Source of the DNA: Octopus sinensis
Taxonomy: Eukaryota
Direction of reading: 5' to 3'
Assembly: GCF_006345805.1 (NCBI RefSeq)
Contig: NW_021829215.1
Span: 1-6,849 of the forward strand
DNA length: 6,849 nucleotides
Positions 1 through 6,597 of the stretch are shown piece by piece; within the stretch, counting starts at the first letter, position 1, and the number at the start of each line of letters is the position of its first letter. The notes under the pieces were generated by a model. The model worked only from the letters and a program-made list of their open reading frames with translations. It ran no database searches and was not told the origin of the DNA. A program made the position numbers and the translations under genes.

Positions 1-12
1 TATATATATATA

Positions 13-40
13 TCGGTTGTCCGAAAGTTCGTGCCGATTT
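13..40 (+). repeat. Left terminal inverted repeat of mariner element 1
   Basis: TA dinucleotide at 11-12, then TCGGTTGTCCGAAAGTTCGTGCCGATTT. The layout matches mellifera/cecropia-type mariner TIRs (TA|TTGGGTTG...GCGGATTT-like). The reverse-complement partner is absent. Confidence 0.7.
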
Positions 41-331
41 ATAGTAGCTTACATTTCGACTTATTTTAGAACATGGTTGAATCCATAAAATAGGATTTGA
101 CTACTACTCCATTTAGAACACAGTTTAAGCTATCTTTTCGTGGAAGAAGATTTATGTTCCTATATAACCTGTGTTAATTTTGTAACCCTTTAAAATGGAA
201 GATAAGAAAGTTCATTTTCGGCACTGGATGCTTTGGGAACCAGACAAAAATTGCTTCAGCTCGGCTGGGATGTGTCACCCCACCGTCCATATTCACCAAA
301 TATTGCTCCTTCAGATTTCCACTTATTCAGG
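13..331 (+). mobile_element. Internally deleted, 3'-truncated mariner (Tc1/mariner) DNA transposon remnant
   Basis: Starts at the end of a (TA)n run with the mariner-like TIR TA|TCGGTTGTCCGAAAGTTCGTGCCGATTT. About 155 bp later ATG195 gives a transposase N-terminus, which is fused directly to the C-terminal catalytic motif region. Interrupted at ~332 by a SINE tail; no partner TIR found in the window. Confidence 0.85.
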
Positions 332-333
332 TC
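195..333 (+). pseudogene. Mariner transposase pseudogene fragment (N-terminus fused out of frame to the C-terminal catalytic motif)
   Basis: 195-239 reads MEDKKVHFRHWMLWE, like the mariner N-terminal ME.K.HFRH.ML motif. From 239, in another frame, it reads TRQKLLQLGWDVSPHRPYSPNIAPSDFHLFRS, matching the mariner LGWEVLPHPPYSPDLAPSDYHLFRS motif; the third catalytic Asp codon GAT is at 314-316. Confidence 0.88.
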
Positions 334-709
334 TTTTATTTGTTTCAGTCATTTGGAGCAACGCCTTTAGTCAAGAAAATGACCCCAGGACTTATTCTTT
401 GTAAGCCTAGTACATATTCCATCGGTCTCTTTTGCCGAACCGCTAAGTTACGGGGACGTAAACACACTAGCATCGGTCGTCAAGTGATGTTGGGCGGACA
501 AACACAGACGCACAAACATATACACATACATATATATATATATATACATATATACGACGGGCTTCCTTCAGTTTCCGTCAACCAAATCCACTTACAAGGC
601 TTTGGTCGGCCCGAGGCTATAGTAGAAGACACTTACCCAAGGTGCTACGCAGTGGGACTGAACCCGAAACCATGTGGTTCGTAAACAAGCTACTTACCAC
701 ACCTACGCC
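332..709 (-). mobile_element. tRNA-derived SINE with CORE-like segment, internal microsatellite and LINE-type 3' tail (octopus-type)
   Basis: On the minus strand: tRNA-like head with A-box-like GTGTGGTAAG and B-box GGGTTCAGTCCC, then CACCTTGGGTAAGTGTC (628-644, resembling the start of the CORE domain, GACCTTGGGCAAGTCAC), an internal (TA/CA)n tract at ~498-555, and a 3' body ending ...AAATGACTGAAACAAATAAAAGA. Family recognised from memory as an abundant Octopus SINE. Confidence 0.8.
498..555. repeat. (CA/TA)n microsatellite inside the SINE
   Basis: ACAAACACAGACGCACAAACATATACACATACATATATATATATATACATATATAC, read directly. Confidence 0.9.
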
Positions 710-780
710 AAGATGTTACGCAGTGGTACTGAGCCCAGAGCCATGTGGTTGGGACGCAAGCTTCTTGCCACACACCCATA
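708..780 (-). mobile_element. Second, more diverged SINE tRNA-head fragment in tandem with the preceding SINE
   Basis: CCAAGATGTTACGCAGTGGTACTGAGCCCAGAGCCATGTGGTTGGGACGCAAGCTTCTTGCCACAC aligns with 637-702 (CCAAGGTGCTACGCAGTGGGACTGAACCCGAAACCATGTGGTTCGTAAACAAGCTACTTACCACAC). Confidence 0.85.
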
Positions 781-1057
781 AATTTAGTATTTAAATAATT
801 CACCCCTGGAAACATGGGAGTCTCCTTCAACATTCTTTAACAATCCTCATTCAAGGATCTTTCGATTGAGATAGTCTACTCAACCTGAAGAAAATTCTAA
901 CTGGACCTCACCTTGATATGAGATCATCATATCACGCACATATAGTTGTGATGCATGTACCTTCTCAGACGGGTAGCCATGATGGATATAGGGGGCTTCG
1001 TATATTTTACTCCAATGTAACTTTCGCCACATGCGCTGCTTTCTCACTCAATAATAA
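781..1057. mobile_element. Fragment of an unclassified interspersed repeat ending in an (AAT)3 tail, possibly the 3' end of a non-LTR retroelement
   Basis: Ends in CTTTCTCACTC-AATAATAAT, a simple-repeat tail typical of non-LTR element 3' ends. Resembles, from memory only, a common Octopus repeat. No ORF or class-diagnostic motif seen. Confidence 0.35.
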
Positions 1058-1059
1058 TA

Positions 1060-1090
1060 TTGGGCCATCCCATAAATGATGCGGTTTTTT
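1060..1090 (-). repeat. Right (3') terminal inverted repeat of mariner element 2
   Basis: TA|TTGGGCCATCCCATAAATGATGCGGTTTTTT aligns with the mariner TIR pattern TA|TTGGGTTGGC...AAGTAATTGCGGATTT. Confidence 0.75.
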
Positions 1091-1135
1091 AAATACTTCT
1101 TTTATTTTTCAAAATTAAGATAAACACATTCTTTT

Positions 1136-1436
1136 TTAATCAAAAATATACTCTCCCTCATTTTCTACAACGCTCTTCCATCCACCTGGTAAACTTGCAA
1201 GGCCTCTCTTCCAAAATTCACTTGTCCGTCACGAAAAATACTCCTCCAATACTATTCTGACCTCGTCTACAAAATTCATATTTGTTTCCGTCTAAATGAT
1301 TTTGAAGACAACGGAATAAATGATAATGAGGGCAAATTGTCCGGCAAATATGGTGGTGGCGCATCATTTCCCATTCAAAGTGCTGTAACCTTTGGAATGT
1401 CATCCAGGCTGTATGTGGCCGAGAATTTGACTGGGA
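1136..1436 (-). pseudogene. Mariner transposase C-terminal pseudogene fragment (frameshifts, one internal stop)
   Basis: The minus strand reads Q(S)NSRPHTAWMTFQRLQHFEWEMM, then a shifted frame PPYLPD (HPPYSPD motif), then YHLFRCLQNHLDG. After a frameshift near 1285 it reads MNFVDEVRIVLEEYFS*RTSEFWKRGLASLPGGWKSVVENEGEYIFD* (TAA at 1136-1138). With the indels restored, the spacing between the degenerate D(N.RPH) and (PS)D positions is compatible with the mariner D34D signature. Confidence 0.9.
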
Positions 1437-1629
1437 AATTCTTCTTTTTTCATTTTACTTTTTTTTCCTTCTTTCCTTCTTCCACCCATTTTTTTCTATC
1501 ACAAGACTTTGTAAATGAACAATTTGGCGTCTTTATTTTAATGGCCTTCCTTTGTATACAGCGAGTTTCTTTGCCCTAGGTGTTGGGAAGACACTCGACA
1601 AGAAATGGTAACAAAATTGAAAGAATATA

Positions 1630-1645
1630 ATGATGACGATGATGG

Positions 1646-1720
<75 letters not shown>

Positions 1721-1862
1721 CGACGACGACGACGACGATGACGATGACGATGACGATGAAGATGATGATGATGATGATGATGGTGGTGATGATGGTGGTG
1801 ATGATGATGATAATGTGATGATGATGATGATGATGCTGATGATGATGATGACGATGCTGATG
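1630..1862 (+). repeat. (GAT)n trinucleotide microsatellite with GAC/GGT variants
   Basis: About 75 GAT-type units read directly. It generates the poly-D, poly-M and poly-S ORFs. Confidence 0.97.
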
Positions 1863-1864
1863 AA

Positions 1865-2050
1865 CATCGTCAGCATCATCATCAGCTACCGCAGTAACAG
1901 TGGAAGCGTTGGCATCACAACTGCCATCATTGCCTTTATCGTTCCCGTTCTTATCGACACTATTACCATAACCATAATCATCGCCGTCGTCATTGGCACA
2001 TCTTCATCGTCGCCCGCGTCGCTACAACCTTCATCGTCATCGTCGTTCTC
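1865..2050 (-). repeat. Degenerate (CAT/CGT)n tract, i.e. the GAT repeat on the opposite strand
   Basis: CATCGTCAGCATCATCATCAGC...ATCATCGCCGTCGTCATT...TTCATCGTCATCGTCG; polarity is inverted relative to 1630-1862. Confidence 0.75.
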
Positions 2051-2328
2051 ATCTTTCTAAGTATAACCACTTGATATGGTATGTCAAAACATCACGGAAA
2101 GCTATCCACAAACATATCGACACGTCTTATATTCGTCCACTGAAGGAGAAGTCATTTAAATCTCAGCCAATCAATGAAAGGCAATAAGTGTGAAGTAGCG
2201 AGAGGCCATTTTTAAAATGGAGGCCAACATATACCTGAACATCTCAAACTACCAGAATATATATTACAGTCTCAAAATTTCTCAACCTTCTGCAGCACGT
2301 TGCTCTTTTAACAACTGATATAAGGCAT

Positions 2329-3066
2329 ACGTGTGCGTGTGTGTATGTATGTATGTATGTATGTATGTATGTATGGTTCTATCTATCTATCTATAGATAC
2401 ATACATATATACATATACGTGCAAACATACACAAATATATATGTATGCCCATATATATATATATATATATGTATAAACACATATATATATATAATAATAT
2501 AATATATGTATGTATGTATGTACCTATCTATCTATCTATACATGCATACATACATACAAACATACATACATGCATACATGCATACATACATACATATATA
2601 CATGCATGCATGCATACATACATACAAACATACATACATGCATACATGCATACATACATACATATATACATGCATGCATGCATACATACATACATACATA
2701 CATACATGCATATATACATATACGTGCAAACATACACAAATATATATGTATGCCCATACATATATGTATAAACATACCTACATATATATAGATGCACGTA
2801 TTCGTATATATATATATATCAACATATATGTACATACATACATATAATATATATATATATATATCATCGATGATGCTATGTATATATATATATATATATT
2901 AATATATATATATATATATATGCATACGGCCATATTTGTATGTGTGCGCGTGTGTGTTTATCTGCATACATGTTTATGTGTGTGTGTGTGTGTGGTGCGT
3001 GTGTGTGTTTGCTTTTGATACATATTTATGCTTGTGCGTTTAGATACATATGTATATACACATATA
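2329..3066. repeat. Compound microsatellite block: (GT)n, (GTAT)n, (CTAT)n, (CATA/CATG)n, (TA)n
   Basis: Nearly continuous alternating purine-pyrimidine simple repeats. They explain all the HTYI/MYVC-type ORFs at 2445-2847. Confidence 0.97.
2541..2710 (+). repeat. 68-bp higher-order repeat (2.5 copies) built from tetranucleotide variants
   Basis: 2541-2608 and 2609-2676 are identical base for base. 2677-2710 matches the first 34 nt of the unit with one mismatch (CAAA>CATA). Confidence 0.92.
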
Positions 3067-3246
3067 TCTGAATGAGCGTCTATGTATGTTTATTTCTGTG
3101 TTTGTAACTATGCACCTATTCCTATATAGTAGTGTATCAATGTAAGATATATTTTCCCAAACACATTTTACGAGAAGCAAGAAGTGGCAACAGAAAATTA
3201 GACATTGTGATAAGAGGGGGAATTAATAATAGACGGAAGATCGCTT

Positions 3247-3323
3247 TTGGTTTGAAGTATGTCTAGGCTGAGAAATCTATCAGCTATTGAGGTAGAAATG
3301 CAATGCGTATGTACCTATGTATG

Positions 3324-3364
<41 letters not shown>

Positions 3365-3475
3365 CAAATACATACATACAAGCGCACACACACACAAACA
3401 TACATTATCACACACACATTACACTTCTTCCTCAATAGCTGATAGGTTTCTCAACCCAGACGTACTTCAAACCAA
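3247..3475. mobile_element. Foldback/MITE-like element: ~66-bp inverted repeats enclosing a microsatellite spacer
   Basis: 3247-3292 versus the reverse complement of 3430-3475 matches 42/46 (all 4 differences are transitions). Similarity extends ~20 bp further inward (3293-3312 vs 3410-3429). The right end abuts TA; the left flank is TT, so the TSD is not clean. Confidence 0.6.
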
Positions 3476-3503
3476 TATATATATATATATATGCATATAT
3501 ATA

Positions 3504-3546
<43 letters not shown>

Positions 3547-3561
3547 CGAGAGAGAGAGAGA
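3476..3561. repeat. (TA)n-(GA)n compound microsatellite
   Basis: Read directly. Confidence 0.95.
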
Positions 3562-3693
3562 TATTCGTTAACATATATTTATATATAGTATACATACATA
3601 TATATCTACTACATATGTGGATAATCGGTGTGTGTTTGTTTGTGGCGTTGTTAGCTAACTCCTCCTACATCGTTTTATTGATTTTGATGAAAC

Positions 3694-3844
3694 TTGACAC
3701 GGGAGTAGAACTCATGTCTGGAAACATCGTGACATACTTAGAATATTGAAAAAATCGATAATGCAGTCCCTGGAAGGGACCTTTATATCTATCTCCCCTA
3801 AATAATTTTTTTAAACACCCAAGGGAAATAACCCATAGCACCTG
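3694..3844 (+). repeat. Direct repeat copy A (~150 bp, partner at 3975-4133)
   Basis: TTGACACGGGAGTAGAACTCATGTCTGGAAACATCGTGACATACTTAG... has 6 mismatches against copy B over the first ~60 nt. Its 29-mer TTTTTAAACACCCAAGGGAAATAACCCAT (3808-3836) is repeated at 3856-3884 with one mismatch. Confidence 0.85.
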
Positions 3845-3974
3845 TACAATATTTCTTTTTAAACACTCAAGGGAAATAACCCATTTCATTGTTTATGTTC
3901 GATTACATTTAATATTGATTTTTTTATGTATCCTATTTCTAATTTTTGCAGACAATATCTCTTTTATATCTTAT

Positions 3975-4133
3975 TTGACACGTGAGTATAACTCGTGTCT
4001 GGAAACCTCATGACATACTTAGATTATTGAAAAAAAAAATCGAAAATAGGGCCCTTCCAATGGATCCTTCTATCTACTACATATTACTAAGATTTTATTT
4101 AAACAACCCAAGGAAAATAGCCCATATCACCTG
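3975..4133 (+). repeat. Direct repeat copy B
   Basis: TTGACACGTGAGTATAACTCGTGTCTGGAAACCTCATGACATACTTAG...TTTAAACAACCCAAGGAAAATAGCCCATATCACCTG, colinear with copy A. Confidence 0.85.
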
Positions 4134-4530
4134 CAGATTTTAGCGAAGCGATCAATATTTGATTCTCACACTCTGCTGACCGAATTATACATTTCACTAC
4201 TCACAGTTTTGAACTACTAAACATTATTATTGCACTTCCTTAATTTGAATCTTAAACCTTAAAGACTTCATTCATACATTTCTATACATACATACTTTTT
4301 TGAATGCCCATTACTCCGATATCTCTGCATTTTTACAGTTACACTTTTTCCATAACAGTAGATAAAAGTTTTATTCCACAACGTATTTGTAATGGATTCA
4401 ATCCTCGATTGCCAAATTTCCCTTAACACTTCAACAGCGCTTTTCTCGCGGTAAAACAATAGTTTTTCTGTGAATGACAGCAGTTATACATTTCCCAGAT
4501 GCCTTCGCAAAGCAGAATAATATCTTTACC

Positions 4531-4599
4531 TCTCGCCAACCTCTGACAACCTCTCTCACCAACCTCCGACAATCTTTCTCGCCAACCTCCAACAATCTT
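4531..4599 (+). repeat. 23-bp minisatellite, 3 copies
   Basis: TCTCGCCAACCTCTGACAACCTC / TCTCACCAACCTCCGACAATCTT / TCTCGCCAACCTCCAACAATCTT. Confidence 0.9.
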
Positions 4600-4653
4600 T
4601 CCCTCCACCAGCTGACATCTTTACCCCCGACGGGTACAGCTTACACACATTAG

Positions 4654-4661
4654 TATATATA

Positions 4662-4701
<40 letters not shown>
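4654..4701. repeat. (TA)n microsatellite
   Basis: Read directly; one interruption (TT). Confidence 0.97.
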
Positions 4702-4703
<2 letters not shown>

Positions 4704-4833
4704 CGTCCTTCAAGATAGAAGTCAGGTAGTTGCAGCCAATGGTGCCCTAGGATTCACAATCTAGACTAGGGTCTGAAACTTTACCACACTATAGTGGGTT
4801 ACACCATGGTTCCTCTGCTTTGTGGAAAAAGTT

Positions 4834-5019
4834 GGAAGAAAGAGTGAGAGAAAGTTATGGTGAAAGAGCACAGCGGGGTTCCCCACCCCCAGCCCGCCGG
4901 AGTCTCGTGGAGCTTAGGTGTTTTTGCTCAATAAACACTCACAATGCTCGGTCTGAAATCGAAACCGCGTTCTTACGACTGCGAGTCCGCTGCTCTAACC
5001 AACGTGCCATTGCGCCTCC
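4834..5019 (-). mobile_element. tRNA-derived SINE of a different family, 3'-truncated
   Basis: The minus strand begins GGAGGCGCAATGGCACGTTGGTTAGAGCAGCGGACTCGCAGTCGTAAGAACGCGGTTTCGATTTCAGACC, with A-box-like TGGCACGTTGG and B-box-like GGTTTCGATTTC. A non-tRNA body follows (...CTCTTTCACCATAACTTTCTCTCACTCTTTCTTCC). Resembles, from memory, an Octopus tRNA-derived SINE. Confidence 0.8.
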
Positions 5020-5130
5020 TCTGTTGCTGTTGTTGTTCTTGTAGCAGCTGTCGGTGGCGGTGCAGAGGAAATAGGAGCGGCGTTTGATGACGATACATTT
5101 TGGTAAAGGTGATAACATGTTAATATCGTT

Positions 5131-5541
5131 GGTGCTGGCAGAAACGTTAGCAGGCCGGGCGAAATGCTTAGCGGCATTTCGTCTGCCGTTACGTTCTGAG
5201 TTCAAATTTCGCCGAGGTCGACTTTTGCCTTTCATCCTTTCGGGGTCGATTAAATAAGTACCAGTTTACGCACGGGGGTCGATATAATCGACTAATCCCT
5301 TTGTCTGTCCTTGTTTGTCCTCTCTGTGTTTAGCCCCTTGTGGGTAGTAAAGAAATAGGTATTTCGTCTGCCGTTACGTTCTGAGTTCAATTTCTGCCGA
5401 GATCAACTTTGCCTTTCATCCTTTCGGGGTCGATTAAATAAGTACCAGTTACGCACTGGGGTCGATATAATCGACTTAATCCCTTTGTCTGTCCTTGTTT
5501 GTCCTCTCTGTGTTTAGCCCCTTGTGGGTAGTAAAGAAATA
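5131..5541 (+). mobile_element. tRNA-derived SINE with a Meta-domain-like core: one head plus two tandem ~185-bp body units
   Basis: Head GCTGGCAGAAACGTTAG (A-box-like) at 5131-5172, unit 1 at 5173-5357, unit 2 at 5358-5541. Each unit has a B-box-like GAGTTCAA and GGTCGACTTTGCCTTTCATCCTTTCGGGGTCGATTAAATAAGTACC, which resembles the MetaSINE/Sauria-SINE central domain (GTTGACTCAGCCTTCCATCCTTCCGAGGTCGGTAAAATGAGTACC). Confidence 0.85.
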
Positions 5542-5559
5542 ATAGGTTTTCATTGTAGA

Positions 5560-5700
5560 GAGAATGGTAATGGCAGTGGTGGTTATGGTGGTACTGTTGG
5601 TGATGTAGTGTTGTGATGCTGCTAGTGAGAGATGATAAAAGATGTGAAGTTGTAAAACAAAAAAAAAGAGAGAGAGAGAGCGAGAGAAAAGCAGTAGAGA
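5560..5700. repeat. Low-complexity degenerate (GGT/GAT)n region followed by an A-run and (AG)n
   Basis: ATGGTAATGGCAGTGGTGGTTATGGTGGT...AAAAAAAAAGAGAGAGAGAGAGCGAGAG. Confidence 0.7.
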
Positions 5701-6480
5701 GGCTGGAATATAAATGCGACCAGTCTATGTCCAAGAAGTCGCCAACCTCTCAGTATAACACATTTGTCTGGGTGCTATGGAGCAGAAAGTAGTCCCGAGG
5801 CGTCGAAATCCTCCGACAACTTCTGTTTAGTTTCTTAATTATCCAACAAATACGAACTAATGTAATTGATTCCTTATATGCCTCCGTAAAAAAAATATTT
5901 TTTCTTTATTCCTCTCTTGTTTATTTTCTTTCGTCTTCCTTCTATTAAATTGTTTTTATTTACGATATGCTTTTTGTTTTGTTTTATATTAATTATTTTC
6001 TTTACTTTTTCCTCGCAGTTTTTTCAATACGAACGAGTGTTTTCTTTATTATTATCAAGAGGGGTTTTAATCACATAATATCAAAGTGATGGTTAACATT
6101 TCACTTTATTGAAGCGCTCACTCTGTTTGTTTCATCGCATCTTCTTAAGGCGAGACTTCTGATCACATCTCAAGCACAAAAGTTTTCATTACATCTCATA
6201 AACACAAGTTCGTTTCTCTTTTACTTTCTTTTTCTTCCCACAGTAATTTCCTCCACTTTTTACCAAGGACTACTCCTCAGTTAACAGTAACTAGACAGAT
6301 TTTTTTTTTATCTCTGAGTAATTAAATTAGCCACTGCCTAAGTCAATGCTTGTTCAAACATATCTCATGCTATCAAATCGAGTTTACATCACTTCTTGTT
6401 TATTTCGATGAAGATTTATGAGCCGATGTCTCTGTTAGATCTTATCAAGACAGATTTCCACAACAACACAGTAGACACAG

Positions 6481-6513
6481 CTTTCTATCTATCTGAACTT
6501 TCTATCTATCTGA
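6481..6513 (+). repeat. 17-bp tandem duplication
   Basis: CTTTCTATCTATCTGA at 6481-6496 and again at 6498-6513. Confidence 0.85.
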
Positions 6514-6597
6514 GCCATTGATCACATCATATCCAAATGAGGGAGCTTGTATCAAAATTTATCATTGTGACTTCTCTTACTGTATGATTACAATCGT

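Larger units (their letters stand above)
1060..1440 (-). mobile_element. 3' part of a second mariner element (different TIR from element 1)
   Basis: TA at 1058-1059 followed by the TIR TTGGGCCATCCCATAAATGATGCGGTTTTTT. On the minus strand this TIR lies 46 bp downstream of a transposase stop codon. The 5' part of the element is missing. Confidence 0.87.

Noticed and set aside
195-684. ORFs 195-404 and 340-684 as intact genes
   Set aside because: The first is 15 transposase codons followed by out-of-frame transposase and SINE sequence. The second lies within the SINE on its antisense strand.
13-1090. The two mariner TIRs bracketing a composite transposon
   Set aside because: The TIRs differ in sequence and lie in the same orientation on the + strand (both face rightward), so they cannot act as a left/right pair around 41-1059.
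1605-2060. 151-aa poly-Asp ORF (plus the poly-Met and poly-Ser ORFs) as an acidic biomineralisation-type protein
   Set aside because: It is the translation of a (GAT)n microsatellite and its inverted degenerate partner. Such repeats lack stops in two of three frames, and there is no signal peptide, domain or splice context.
2445-2847. Overlapping HTYI/MYVC-repeat ORFs on both strands, also 3303-3536
   Set aside because: Translations of CATA/TATG/TA microsatellites.
4531-4599. CRISPR-like array
   Set aside because: The units are contiguous with no unique spacers, the context is eukaryotic, and there are no cas genes.
4745-4812. Cluster of short palindromes (CCCTAG...CTAGGG, CACTATAGTG, ACCATGGT)
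   Set aside because: Stems are 10 bp or shorter, with no further supporting structure.
4940-5019. Functional tRNA gene (also considered for 640-709, 5131-5210 and 6598-6680)
   Set aside because: A and B boxes are present, but no complete cloverleaf with a paired acceptor stem is evident, and each head runs into a SINE body.
5173-5541. Hammerhead ribozyme in the tandem SINE unit
   Set aside because: No CUGANGA plus GAAA core could be located on either strand by eye. Other ribozyme classes were not excluded.
4939-5734. Minus-strand ORFs 4939-5235, 4995-5177 and 5387-5734 (MKGKSRP..., ...YLIDPERMKGKVDLG) and plus-strand ORF 4820-5044
   Set aside because: They read through SINE bodies and low-complexity DNA, with no recognisable protein domain.
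4531-5819. Short matches between the 23-bp minisatellite and 5739-5750 (TCGCCAACCTCT) and 5810-5819 (CCTCCGACAA)
   Set aside because: Only 12- and 10-nt matches, a length expected by chance in a 6.8-kb window, with no extended homology.
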